A DNA stretch of 64,000 bases, taken from the NCBI RefSeq assembly GCF_006345805.1, contig NC_042998.1:163122001-163186000 (forward strand). The letters run 5' to 3'. The notes beneath the pieces were generated by a model. The model was not told where the DNA came from. It saw only the letters and a list, made by a program, of their open reading frames with translations, and did not search any database. Shown here in pieces: positions 39,661-52,944 of this stretch (within the stretch, counting starts at the first letter, position 1; each line of letters begins with the position of its first letter). A program made the position numbers and the translations under genes. This stretch comes from Octopus sinensis. Lineage: Eukaryota.

Positions 39661-40555
39661 TAATTCTGCCAGTCTATCACCATCATGGATTGGTACTCTC
39701 TATACATTATTTAATGTATTTGGACTGTTATGTAAGCAACATTGAATATGATGTCTATTCTTAGACTTGGTGACCACATGGACCAAAATCTCCAGAATTC
39801 AGTCAGGATCATACATTGTACAACATTTTAGCCAATCGGTGCTCTTTATTTTGTTGCAGTGTGGATGAACTAATAGTTACGTAAACTAAAGATTTCTATA
39901 GGATATTTAGAACTTGTCATTTGTCAGGATGAATCCTTGACAGACAATTCAGCATTTCTCACATCTCTCTTAACCTCTTATTTTCCTCAACTTCGGGGAA
40001 TTTGTCATCTATAGACTGATGCTATTAATAGTTGTTAAAAGATATTATTTGAATTTTGTCTGTTGCTAGGCAGATTTCTTCTTTGGACATTGAATAACCA
40101 AAGAACATTTGTGTTTTTGTAAACACAACACATTCACTCCAAATGTTGTTATAAAATGCTTTTTTTGTGTGTGTGTGTGTGTGTTCATTCATATTCTCTT
40201 GCAATGTTTCACAATGCTGAACTTGCTGTGCACTTCCTATGCTGAATATTTTGTCATGGGTTTATTGTAACTCAACCGTCTTTAATAGTATAATTAACCA
40301 TTTCTTTATTTGTATAATTAACCAGTTGTTTTTTTTTTAATAATGGAGATATTTCATGTGTTTTCTTTTTCTTGAATATTTCTACATTTTTCAGTTAATC
40401 CACCATTTTCAATGTACTAATGACTTTTGCATGTGTAACAGAAGGACCATCTCAAATGCATTCCATCATGGATCTCACCTGAGTCTTGTAAAGGATGAGT
40501 AGTTTTGAGAGACTGAATTATCAACTAGTTCTGAGGAGGAAAGTTATTCTTTGAA

Positions 40556-41535
40556 ATGCAGTTTTTATTAGTTGGAGGAGAGGATGTGCATTTGTCAGGA
40601 AATACTCAGAGACAGTCGTTGTCGAACACCTCACTGATCGACTACTCTCATAGGCCATGTTTCACAACCATAGAGGAGGATAGTACGAATGACGGCTTGG
40701 TAGATTCGCCCTTTGGTTACCAAGGAGATCTCTCTTCTGTCCCACAGACACCGCTGGAGGTGCACGAATGTGGATCTGGCAGCACTTATGCAACGCTCGA
40801 CCTCGGTTGTGCCTGGCCCATTGAAACCACCATTGAACCCAGGTAGACGAGGGACTCCACATCCTCCAGCTCCACACCCTCAAGAACAATTGGCTGCCAG
40901 TCATCTGCTGCGACCAGAGACGTCATTACTTTGGTTTTGCCAGCATTGATCCAAAGACCAACAGCTACCACTGCCGCATGCACGCTTTCGAGAGCATCTT
41001 GGACATCTGCCTGCTTAGAGCCCAAAAACACGATGTCATCTGCATAGGCCAGGCCCATCACCACGACTCCTCTCCCAGCCTCTACACCTGGGTAGTCCCG
41101 AAGCACAGGGTTGAGAATGTAATCAATGGTGTAATTGAATAGGGTTGGCAAGAGCACACAACCCTGTCGAACACTGGTAGTGACATCAAATTACTCCATC
41201 TCCCCACCATAGACCCTCACATGAGCCCTCATTGAACAATAGTAGCCCTGTATGAGGTTTAGCAGCTTCACAAGGATACCATCTGCCTGCATAATATGCA
41301 GAGGGCCTCCCGATCCACTGAGTTGAAGGCAGCCACAAAATCGATGGAGCAGAGAACGGTAGGTTGTTGGTGCACCCACCGCTGTTCCAGGACTCGCTGG
41401 AGACTAAAGATTTGATCAATGCACCCTCTCCCGGGATGGAAGCCGCCCTGAGAAGGACGAGTATGGACATCATGGATGGCCTGGAACCTCTTCAGAAGAA
41501 GGATTGCAGTCTCTGTTCTTCTGAACTAGCAAGCT
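40556..41535 (-). mobile_element. RTE-clade LINE reverse transcriptase fragment, frameshifted
   Basis: ORF 40786..41157: LLPTLFNYTIDYIL...LAYADDIVFLG...GLWINAGKTKVM...LEDVESLVYLGS (YADD catalytic motif); GC-richer than the flanks. Confidence 0.9.
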
Positions 41536-43076
41536 GTGTTCCACATTAACCCAACCTCATTTAATGCAATCATTTCATCTTCTAAGAGTAACGAAATTTT
41601 CCTCACATCATCTTTAGAAAATAGAATAAAATTATTAGATAATCAAATTCTTGATATACTCTATAAGAAAACAAGACTGGTGGTTATTTCTACAATGCTT
41701 CCGATTATGGGTCTGCTTGATCAGAGTTAACCTTGGGTTAAACAACAGTAATAATACAATACCCATCCTGGATTCTGTTGCATCTGAACTCATCAAACAC
41801 TTACATTAAAACTTTTTCCTCCCACAAACATTTCTGTACAGAGATGATTCTCTCCCCACCCACGTTTTCTCAGTGGATATTGACCTATGGATATTTTATC
41901 AAAACATCAATAGAATCGATCTCAATAGTCTGGAAAGGTCATGGGTACTGTGCATCTTCCTTTGACCAAATGAATAAAAACTTAAAAATCAGTTCATCAT
42001 ATGTGAATTTCTCTCTCTCTTTCTCCTTCCCTCTCTCACTTTTGAATCCTTGGCGCCTTAAATATGAAATAAATTAATAACATGGTTATCTTAAAAATAC
42101 TTTTTTTTTTGTTTTGCATTTATCCTAACCCACCTACTGTGGTGCTAAATGTTCAAGATAAATGTGTGTTAGCTCTGAAGAATACCCTACTGAAATCTCA
42201 ATCTGATCTTTAAGCAACCAGAGAGTTTCTAAGTAGTCGCTTGACCTGCTAGAAATATCAGCTGAATCACCCTAAAATCAAACTCAATTGTCTTAAAATG
42301 AAGCTTGTCTGTTAGATTAATGTAGTCATGGATTCACTGTACATAGGAGAAAGATAAAACAGTTATGACAAGAATAATCTTGATTTTTGATTTGCTCAAT
42401 CAGAGCTGACTGGAAGCAAAGCAACACCAGCGACAATTGCTACATTTAAGAATTCTTCCTTCCCTTACAATGTTTCATGTTTTAGTAGCTGCTGCCTTTT
42501 TAATCCTCATGTCAATCTTGATCAAATAGTTGTATGGTTAATGACATTCCAATCATGAACAACCTGTTATTTTTATGTTTTTAGGGCTCATTTCTTTTTT
42601 AATGACTTTAAAGTTATATTAGGAGACAAATTTAGCTGCTATTTCTAGTATGTTGTGTGACCTGTAACATGTATAGCTTATCTCAATCATGGGTGAACTG
42701 CAACCCACCATTAAAAAATTACCTTGAATTATTTTAGTTGTGAGGCCTGGTTGCTGATGAGCCATGTCTCATGCAGCCCACTTCTCAAGAGATTGCCCAT
42801 ATAGATAAACTTTGTATAATGACCACATCTAATCATCTACTGCTTATATCTTTTCATTCTAAGTTGCAATTGTAAGAGTTGTAGACGTTGTTGATGTTGT
42901 TATTGTTATTGTACACAAATCAAAATATATTGAGGTATGAACAGTCTTCGAATATTGGAGAATTAATTGTCCACTATAATTAATATTACGTGCTGTACCA
43001 TAGTGTAGTGTTATTAGGCTCTATATTTCCTATATGTTTTTTTTTTCCTCTCTCTCTCTTCATTGTTTCCTCTCGT

Positions 43077-43115
43077 TCCTTTCTGTTGAAGAGCATAGGC
43101 TCAAAATGTCAAGGA
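43077..43115 (+). ncRNA. Degenerate minimal hammerhead-like motif, probably inactive
   Basis: tcctt-t-CTGTTGA-a-gagc-atag-gctc-AAAA-tg-TC-aagga; helices I and II pair but the core has two substitutions. Confidence 0.3.
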
Positions 43116-43462
43116 CTTTAAAATTTTTCTTAAACATCAAACTCATACACCTGCTTGTGCTCTCTCAACTTGTGTCTCTGTCTTATGTTTTCTATACATT
43201 TGAACTGTATATAAGATATAGGCTGTCAAAGAAGGATAGTACTTTGAATCTCATTTCAGGGCAACCTGTCTTCCATTAGCTCCCACCTAGCACCTAGTTC
43301 TCTCCTGTAGTTTCAGGAATTCTCTACATGAAGTAATGTATCACATCCTGAGCAACAGCATTACTGGGTCAGCTAAACCAAGACGAGGGTAACCAATGAG
43401 TCTTAAACTCTTGGGCAAATTTCCTTAAAGGTTTCTAACTCGCTATTGTGTAATATAATATA

Positions 43463-44470
43463 CTGTAAAAACCCATGTAATTTGCACACCTGAGTAATAT
43501 ATGCAGATGATTTTCAGGATAAAAATTGTTACTACTCATGTAAAATTTGCACCCAAAAGTTTTCAGAATTGCCAACATGTTCAGGGGAAAAAGGTTTTCA
43601 ATTTAGTTGCATTCAGTATAATTTCACTTACTTAGGATTAGATTTTATAAAATTTTCTTTACATAAAAATAATTTCTGTTTAACAGGTATCACATTAAAA
43701 GTTATTAAATTACAAAGTGCTTGTGTTTTTTATGATAATACTAGCTGGCCCTGTGCCATCAAAAACAACTAATAGTAGTATTTTATATATAAATATGGAT
43801 TGCAAATCATATTAATACATTTGTCAATGTTATCTAGTGGTTGTCTTTTAGGATGTGACATCGATCATCGTTTGTTACTGAAAGAACGCTAGTTCACTCA
43901 TACAAGCATTCACATTCTTCCCTTGTACACACACACATACACATACCCATATATACTCACACAGAGTTGAAACACTCCCACTACCAGTTTGCCATCACCC
44001 CTTCCTTCATTATTCATCTATCACCCTTTCATTTCTCATTCATATGCTGTGATGGAGAAAAACACAAGAGTATTATTATAGTAGAAGATGACCCAGACAG
44101 TGATTACCAGCATGGACATCAGACTTCAAATAGTAGTTAACCATTTAAAAAAAGTATACCGTCCAGCATAAATATCAGCTGAATCACCCTAAAATCAAAC
44201 TCAGTTGTCTTAAAATGAAGCTTGTCTGTTAAATTAATGTAGTCATGGATTCACTGCATTATATTTAAGCTCTTATTTTTCTGTAAAAATCTATTCTGAC
44301 ACTAAATGTGTCAACTTCCGATACGAATGTTTACATTTTGTACGTCTCTTTTCAACAAAAAAATTTCTAAAAATATTCTGGAAACAATCTACTCGTGTAA
44401 ATTTACACACCCCTAAAGTTTATTTTTATTTTTGCAGAAAAATATGCGTAAATTACATGGGTTTTTAGGG
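43463..44470. mobile_element. ~1-kb non-autonomous pogo/Tigger-like DNA transposon
   Basis: TIRs ctgtaaaaacccatgtaattt / aaattacatgggtttttaggg flanked by TA; subterminal gtaaaatttgcaccc-like repeats at both ends. Confidence 0.75.
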
Positions 44471-45532
44471 TATGTTCTGATTGTGAAGCCATCCCACATC
44501 CTAACCTAATAATAATATTGAATGACTCATGATTGTAAGGTCATGTGTTCGATTCCTAGATCAGACAGCACACTGCAGCTTTGATTAAGGTACTTCATTT
44601 CATAATACTCCAACTTGGCCAACAGAAAATTAGTTATGTTCGCAGAAAAGTGGTGCCTTGCAGACCATTAACTCCAAATCTTGAAAATGCAAAATGGATG
44701 GATAAAGTATCTGGAGTTGTTTGATATTTCCCCTTTCCAGATAAATATTTGCCACCTGAAGTCTTCAACCAATTCCAACCTATTCCTCATTTTCCTTTTG
44801 ACTGTTTTGAACTGGCTTTTGGCAGGAAATTACTTCCATGTATCTGGTTCTCTTACTCAATATTAAAATCATCTTCATCAATCACTTTTTCTTCATACCA
44901 GTATCAGGTTCTACAGGGATGTGGTAACTAGAAATAACTGTCAGATCTCCTTCAGATCAAATCCAAGTGTTTTGAAGGAGACAACACATTAGAAAAAAAT
45001 CATAGACATCATCAAAGTTGAGTTGGTCATAGCTGGTTTAATTTATTCAAAGATCTGCTCAGTCAGAAAGAATATCTGGGATTAAATAACAACTATGATC
45101 ATAGGCCATGGTATATTTTTGTAGCGACTCTCAATCTCTATCACTCCTGTTATTCTTCCCTTAATTTTTCTACTACAGAACCGTCTAGGTAGGATAAAAG
45201 GTCAAATATGCTTTGATAACAAAAGCATGTTCTATTGACCTTGGTTTTTGTTTAAAGTCACATTTTACAAAGTTGATGACAGATTTGCATGTTATTGATT
45301 TTATTGACTTCAGACGAGAATCTATGCCTCGAGAGAATTGATTAAGCTCCAGTTGCCTGGAATATTCTTTTAGTATTTCAGAAATCTCAACTAAGGTAAT
45401 ATGTTTATAAATCATTAAAACAAAGAATAATGAAGAATAGTATTCTTAAGTATATTTAAGATGTCATAATGTATTTGTGCATATAAGTCGTGAATGCATT
45501 TACATGCATATTGAATGTTGATGTTATTAAAA

Positions 45533-45603
45533 TCTAGTTTAGATATTGGTAAGGATATCTGGCTTTTATCCAGGTAGCCTGGGTTCAATTCCTGTTGTGG
45601 AAA
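45533..45603 (+). pseudogene. Decayed tRNA-Glu-like pseudogene
   Basis: ggtaaggatatctggcttttatccaggtagcctgggttcaattcctgttgtggaaa aligns by eye to eukaryotic tRNA-Glu(TTC) ggttaggattcctggttttcacccaggcggcccgggttcgactcccggtatgggaa; the 5' acceptor strand is degraded; T5 lies just downstream. Confidence 0.55.
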
Positions 45604-45776
45604 CAGTACATTTTTCAGGCAGAGGCCTATCTTTGTGCTTAAGATTTTTACTTCACAATCAGGAGATTCTGAGGTTTTGTACTAGCTTCTAGATGGAGTA
45701 AAATGTTTGAGTCTATCAAATATACCTACACACATGCATGCACACACACACACACATACATGTAAATAAATATATA

Positions 45777-45819
<43 letters not shown>

Positions 45820-45842
45820 ATGTGTATATATATAAACACATG

Positions 45843-45970
45843 CAGTAGTACCTCGGTTTTCAAACAACTCTGACCATGAATAAATCGTGCTTTATCTCCT
45901 GTCTTTCTCATATTCATTTAATTCGATAGTACCTCAGTTTATGAACACATCTGATGATGAATAAATTGTG

Positions 45971-46006
<36 letters not shown>

Positions 46007-46053
46007 CATGATTTATTTAATATCAGACGTGTTTGAAAACCGAGATACTACCG
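45843..46053. mobile_element. Tigger/pogo-like MITE with duplicated left TIR and internal (TA)n
   Basis: cagtagtacctcggttttcaaac...gtgctttat versus ataaagcatg...gtttgaaaaccgagatactaccg-TA; second left-TIR copy at ~45927-45977. Confidence 0.75.
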
Positions 46054-46075
46054 TATATATATATATGTATGAACA

Positions 46076-46117
<42 letters not shown>

Positions 46118-46289
46118 CACATATATATACACACATACATGAATATATATATGAAAATATTAATGTTTGTTTCTTTGTTGAGCAATACTAAAAATAATTT
46201 ACCATTAAACTGAAAAATTACTCAAAATCTTTTTGAAGGGTACATATTCTTTTATTCTTTTTAATTGTTTCAGTTATTTGTGGTATTTG

Positions 46290-46700
46290 CTCAAACTTTA
46301 CACACTCTGAGATCAAATTGTGCTGGGGTAAACTTTGCCTTACATTCTTTAAGGGTCAATGAAACAAAGTACCAGTCAAATACTGAAGTAATTGACAATC
46401 CCTTTCTCCCTAAAATACCAAACTTTGTGCCAAAATCTGAAACAATTGTTATTACTAGATTATCAAAAAATTGTAGGGAGCTGGCGGAATCATTAGAGTA
46501 TCAGACAAAATGCTTTGTGTTATTTCTATTTCTTCCAGCTCTTTACGTTTTGGCTTCAATTTGCAACAAGATCACCTTTGCCTTTCATCCCTGCAGATTT
46601 GATAAAATGAAGTGCCAGTCAGGTACTGGGGTTAATAGCATTAACTAATTCTCTTCCCTCAAAACTTCTAACTTATGCCTAAATCAGAAACAATAATTTT
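46290..46700 (+). mobile_element. Two adjacent family B SINE copies
   Basis: gggagctggcggaatcattagagtatcagacaaaatgc...ggcttcaatttgc...cctttcatcc. Confidence 0.65.
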
Positions 46701-46822
46701 GTGTTGGAAATTGTGTGTGTGTATGTGTGTAATGTACTGCTTCCATGATAGAAAAATCACCAAAAATGTACTCCATCAGGTGAGAGATAATATTATTTAA
46801 AGGACACAATACATGTCTTTGA

Positions 46823-46877
46823 GTGCCACTAACAGTTTCATATGCTGAGAAATACCTCAAACATATTCATCAGGCAC
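46823..46877 (-). ncRNA. Compact type I hammerhead motif with non-cleavable GUG triplet
   Basis: Minus strand gtgc-CTGATGA-atatg-t-ttgag-gtattt-ctcag-catat-GAAA-ctgttag-T-G-gcac. Confidence 0.55.
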
Positions 46878-48870
46878 AAGCCACATACCATTACGAACTA
46901 AAATACTGAATATGAGAAGAAACGTGAAAAGCTGAGAAGGAAGCATACAGAAAATGCAGAAGTTTTAAAAAATGGAAAATATAAAACAAAAAAGTAAAAA
47001 CTAAAATGTAAAAAGTAAAAATGTTATCTTCCTTCGACCTTAAATTATAAGGCTGACAAAATATCAACACGTCAATCAGGTATGTATGTATACTTTGTCT
47101 GTATTGTGAGACCCTTTTTGTAGGTCTCTGATTCAGTTGTATTACTTGCACCTTGGTACATCCATTATCTCAATGGTTCCCCCATTTTGGTACTTTCAAG
47201 CATATGCCTTATTTTGCTTAATCCAGACCTTGAAGTGTATTTCATACCAGGAAAAGACCAAAAGAAAATATTGAGGCATTGAATGAAAATAATTTGCATA
47301 TTTCAATCTGTCTCAGTTGCTTCCCTTTTGCAACTGGTCGACTTTAGTTTTCCTCTTTTCTCTGAAGTTGAGAATATATACATAAATATATGACAAAAGA
47401 CTGATGCAAATATAACCCAGTAAAACCTTTGAATGTCTAAAACCAGTAAGAGAATAAAAAAAATATATATATATATATACATATATAAAAAAAAAAGAAA
47501 CACTGATGGATATAACTTTACCAAAGAGAGAATCAGGAAGAAGGAATCAATGGATGCTTTTGTATACAGTGTCACAGTTCTTCCTCTTTTGAAGTAATAA
47601 AGCAAAGGTGATGAAGTGGATTTTTATTATTTTATTTTGACGATGGGTAAGGCAGTGAGCAGGAAGATTCATTACCACACTGGATGATATTCATAGCAGC
47701 ATTTCGTTTGTCTTTACATTCTGAGTTCAAATTCCACTGAGTTTGACTTTCTCTTTCAAGGTGGCAGACTGGCAGAATCGTTAACAAACCCGACAAAATG
47801 CTTAGTGGCATTTCATTTGTCCTTACATGAAGTGGACATGTGTTTATCAGTTTCTTAAATATCAGTTTTATAAATTTCTTCAGACCAGTGACTCCCAAAC
47901 ACACAATTATTTATTCTCCCTACCAATAAATAAATAAATAAATAGATAAATAAATAAAAAGAAAAAAGTATAAAATCTTTGAATGGTTTGCCTCCTGGTT
48001 ATTTTAAGGCGGCACAAAATGCTTACAGTTGCAAAGCATGCCATTTTCCAAAGTTAATTCATAATTGACCTGTTTATAAGGTCTCTTGGCATTGTAGAAG
48101 TTACCTCAATTCTCTTGTTTTTTTTTTTCTGTTTTTGTTTATCTGGAAATGTTTCTGCTCAATGTAGTGGCACAGTTAGGGTGTGTGCTACTTGGGACAA
48201 CCCTTGAGTTTGCTGTTCCCACCCATTCAAGCATATAAACCCATACAGGCTTATCCAGTAGACTCAAAGGTGCTACTTTGATAAAAAAACAGTACCTGGG
48301 ATGGATTGTACCCCAGTGCATTTGTATGCGCAAGTACATCAGCTGTTGTGATCGATACTACATGTACGCAAGAAAAATGCTTGTGCAGTTTGCGCAAAAA
48401 AGCCGTCTGGCCTGAAATAATGCCACAAAATGGGATGGTTGGACAAGTTGTTTTGAGAAAATTTGGTTTAAATATTTGACAACTCAGCACCGTCCAATGG
48501 ACGGGGGGGCGTTTTGCTCATAATTATATATGTTGGATCAAGTGTGAGTATATCCATTGAGAGCTTAAAAATAAGTTTATAAACAATTTGCTAAATGTCA
48601 ATTGTACACTCCATGCCGCTTTAGTGCATTTGTACTACACAGTGCATAAATACGCATGCACACATATGTATAATATATAGAATACATGTGTGTGTATATG
48701 TGTGTGCATGTGTGTGTGTGTGTGTGTGTGTAGGAAAAGGCATGCTTTCACAAGCATATTTCCACCATAACTATTTTTCTTTTTCTCCGTCTCTCATACA
48801 CACCCTCAGAGAAACTCTCTCTCTTTCTCTCTCTCTCTATCTCTCTCACACACACACACACATACACGCA

Positions 48871-48907
<37 letters not shown>

Positions 48908-49249
48908 GCTCACACAGCACCAAATTCTGTACTATGACTGCCTATTCTTAGAAATTGATTCCTCTTTATCTGGCATTGACCGATTTAATGGAATATTGGG
49001 CTCAGATCCAGAGAACTAGTGTTCTAGCTCAGTATGGAACCAGGTAATCGTTTTCTTTATCAATAAGGTCGACAAGTCAGCCAGTTCTTCTCTTACTTCA
49101 TCTCTTTAGTTCCTGAATCATCTGAGGAATAATTTAAGAGACATTCTCATGGAGACATATATGAATATAATGTCAAAATAATATGGAATTTATATGCAAA
49201 AAATAGAAATGGAAATCTTGTAAAATATGTAAAATATCTTAAATATCTT

Positions 49250-49850
49250 TTGTCTTCTACTCGTTTTGGTCATCGAAGTTTGGTTATGCTGGAGCACTAC
49301 CTTAATGTATTTTGTCAAGCAAATTGACACCAGTACTTATATTTTCTTTAAGTACTTATTTTATTAGTCATTTTTACCAAGCCACAGGAATTTTGGGAAC
49401 ATAAACAAACCAACACCAGTTGCTAAGCAGTTGCTGGAGATAAACACACACACACACAATGGGCGGCAAGCTGGCAGAAATGTCAGCATGCTGGTGAAAT
49501 GCTTAGCGGTATTTCGTCTGCCGTTACATTCTGAGTTCAAATTCTGCAACGGTCAACTTTGCCTTTTATCATTTCAGGGTCGATAAATAAAGTACCAGTT
49601 ACGCACTTGGGTCGATGTAATCGACCTAATCTCTTTGTTTGTCTCCTCTATGTCTAGCCCCTTGTGGGCAATAAAGAAATATATATAAAGGGCTTTCACA
49701 CAGTCTCCAGTTACCAAATTCATTCACAAGGTACTGGTCAGACTGGAGCTGTAGTAGATGATACTTGCTCAAGGTGCTGCAGAGTGGGATTGAACTCAAA
49801 ACTACACGGCTGCAAAGCAAGCTTCTTAACCACACAGCCATGCCTGCACC
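49250..49850 (-). mobile_element. Family A SINE split by a + strand family B SINE (49462-49682)
   Basis: Family A tail half before 49460 and head half after 49690; intact family B copy between them. Confidence 0.65.
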
Positions 49851-50519
49851 TGTAAAAGATATACATAAAAAAATGTGAAATGCCAAAATTTAGTGAAAGA
49901 TTAAAATGTAAAAACAAAATCCAGAAATGAGATAATAAAAAATTATATTGCAAAACTAATGTAAAATATACCAAAAAATATATATAATATTGTAATATCG
50001 TATAAAAGTTCTTAAGGCAGCAACCTGGCAGAATCATTACCAAACCAGGCAAAATGCTTAGTGGCATTTTGTCTGTCTTTACATTTTAAGTTGCCAATGT
50101 TTGTAGAACAGCAGACATTTGAAAGTTCCTTTACTAGAAAGAAATCTGCCAACTGCCACTGAAAGAAGAGAATCCACTGCTTTGTCAATCAAAACGTGAT
50201 TACACTGCTGATGAAGGCTGTGAACATAGGGATGTTATTGATAATTCCTGGTCAAGCTGCTAGGAAAGAGGTTGATTGTTGCCATCAATACCATGATTTT
50301 AAAGGCATAAACCTGTTTTATTCATGATGACCTTCACATTATATGATTTAATATATGGCAAAGTGGGTGATCAACAAACCTGACTACAATAGAGTTGTAA
50401 TTAAATTGGATCACACTAAAGCTTTCGATAGAGTTAATCACCCCTAGATATCAACATGGTTAATCACCCCTAGATATCAACATGATTTTGATATCAACAT
50501 AAGCTCTTAATTCTTCCAG

Positions 50520-50764
50520 TTCCTTACATATTGAGTTCAAATCCTGCTGAGGTCAAGCTTGCCTTTCGTCATTCTTTTGGAAACAATAAAGCAAGTAACA
50601 CTTGAGCACTAGGGTTAATGTTATCGACTAGCACTCTCCCCAAAATTGCTGGCCTTGTGCCAAGATTTGAAATCATTTTTCTTCTTCTTCTTCTTCTTCT
50701 TCTTCTTCTTCTTCTTCTTCTTCTTCTTCTTCTTTTCTTCTTCTTCTTCTTCTTCTTTCTATTA

Positions 50765-50795
<31 letters not shown>

Positions 50796-50827
50796 CATCA
50801 TCATCATCATCATCATTATTATTATTA

Positions 50828-50859
<32 letters not shown>

Positions 50860-50871
50860 TATTATTATTAT

Positions 50872-50921
<50 letters not shown>

Positions 50922-50940
50922 TTACTATTGTTGTTATCAT
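50520..50940 (+). mobile_element. Family B SINE followed by compound (CTT)n(ATT)n(ATC)n(AGT)n microsatellite
   Basis: ttgagttcaaatcctgctgaggtcaagcttgcctttcgtc...ccaagatttgaaatc, then simple repeats. Confidence 0.65.
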
Positions 50941-50949
50941 TACTTTATG

Positions 50950-51426
50950 TTTGACGCTTGCTTTGCATTTGTACAAGTTGGCTCCAAGTCTCACCCAGAA
51001 GACCCCAAGAGACAAGTTGGAAGTTCATGTTGGTGTTATGCCTAGGGTGCCATATATTTGGTTTTGTACATAGTATTGTTCTAGAGAATGTTTAAGAAAC
51101 CATAAGAAAATTATGTGTTTGTTTTAAAACTTGAGATTACATAGAAAGTATTTTATGTAGGATATGGGTAGTTCTCATGAGCACTATCTTTTGAATTTCT
51201 GCCATTTTAGGGTTTCCTGGTATCTGAGCTAGGTAGCAATCACCCCTTTTGCTATCATTCCCAGGGCACCTATGACAACAGGTATTGTTTTAGTCTTCAG
51301 GTTCCACATTTTGCTAATTTCTATTCCAAGATCTTTATACTTGCTCAGTTTTTGGTAGGTCTTGACAGATACATTTATATCGATTGAGATAGTCATATCA
51401 ATGAGGAGGCATGATTTTTGTTAAGT
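50950..51426 (-). mobile_element. 5'-truncated Dong/R4-like non-LTR retrotransposon (RLE nuclease C-terminus plus 3'UTR)
   Basis: Minus strand KSCLLIDMTISIDINVSVKTYQKLSKYKDLGIEISKMWNLKTKTIPVVIGALGMIAKG, frameshift, then YLAQIPGNPKMAEIQKIVLMRTTHILHKILSM*; TAA-type repeats on both sides. Confidence 0.8.
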
Positions 51427-51443
51427 CATTATTATTATTATTA

Positions 51444-51514
<71 letters not shown>

Positions 51515-51680
51515 TTGGCAAGCTGGCAGGATCAATAAACATGTCAGACAAAATGCCTAGCATAATTTTGTCTTTATGTTCTGAGTTCAAATTCCACCGA
51601 GATTGACTTTGCCTTTCATCTTTTCAGAGTCAATAAAATAAGTACCAGCTGTATTCTGGGCTCAATTACATTGACCTATC
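51515..51680 (+). mobile_element. Family B SINE
   Basis: ggcaagctggcaggatc...ttctgagttcaaattccaccgagattgactttgcctttcatc. Confidence 0.7.
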
Positions 51681-52139
51681 CTTTTGTATGTATTCCATCA
51701 TTTGATTGAGTTTCATAAAACAAAATGATTTTGCATTCTCTTATTTGTTTGTTTAACCTTTTAGCATTCGTATTTCTTTGTTTATTTACATAGTTTTGAA
51801 TTAATCACACATTATTCCATAACTTCAAAACATCAATGATATGAATGTTTTATTCTTAGAATGATATTGTAGGGTAGATGGAAAAGGATGGATCTTTTTT
51901 AGTTTGAACATAAAACATGCAGAATATTTTGGCTGGATATGGCTGGTTTAAATGCTAATGGGTTAATTTCATTTTGCAGGCTAGTAGCCACAAATATTTA
52001 TCCCCACTTACTATATATCTATTAGTGACAGATTTTGATTTTGTCTGCAGAGCACCAAATCAATCTGGCAGCTTCTGAAGATTTTCACTTCAGTTTCATT
52101 GCTGTCCACATGGTATTAACTGATACCGTGAAAAAACAT

Positions 52140-52416
52140 TCAAACAAGGTCATTGCCAGTGCCGCTGGATGGGATCCTGTGCAGGTGGCACATAAAAAAA
52201 ACCATTTGAGCATGGCCGTTGCCAGTACCACCTGACTGGCCTCGTGCCAGTGGTACATAAAAGCACCCACTACACCCTCAGAGTGGTTGGTGTTAGGAAG
52301 AGCATCCAGCTGTAGAAACTCTGCCAGATCAGATTGGAGTCTGGTGCAGCCATCTGGTTCGCCAGACCTCAGTCAAATCGTCCAACCCATGCTAGCATGG
52401 AAAGTGGACGTTAAAC

Positions 52417-52455
<39 letters not shown>
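52140..52455 (+). mobile_element. SINE-like repeat family D with (GAT)n tail
   Basis: aaaagcacccactacaccctcagagtggttggtgttaggaag...gctagcatggaaagtggacgttaaacgatgatgat. Confidence 0.75.
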
Positions 52456-52456
<1 letters not shown>

Positions 52457-52944
52457 TTGCAGATGTTAATCATATCGATCGAATCAGATGTTCACATGAA
52501 GATACAGGTGACATGTATTTTGTAGATCCTGTTACTTTAGTTTTGGCCTTTAGCATTGAATTAAGATTCAGAACATTATGCAGGGCTAATTTCATACCAA
52601 TAAGGTTTTATGAAAATTATTTCACACTATAAGTTCTGGCTAACAACCAGATAGCCTGTACCTATCAGAAGCATTTATCATCTTTTCTTTTTTTCTCTAT
52701 AAGAAAACATATTACAAATACAGCTGTGTGAAGCTTGCTTTGCAACCATCTACTGCACAGCACTTTGAACTAATGTCTTCTATTACAGCCTTGGATCAAC
52801 CAATGTCTTGTGAGTGAATTTGGTAGATGGAAACTGCATGGAAGTCCATCACACACACACACACATTTGTCTAAACCCTTTAACACAATGCCTCAGCATA
52901 GTTGCAGTCCAGTGACTGAAACAAGTACAAGATAACAGATAGAA

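Noticed and set aside
50433-50484. 26-bp exact tandem duplication
   Set aside because: Two copies only, an ordinary slippage duplication, not a CRISPR-like or functional array
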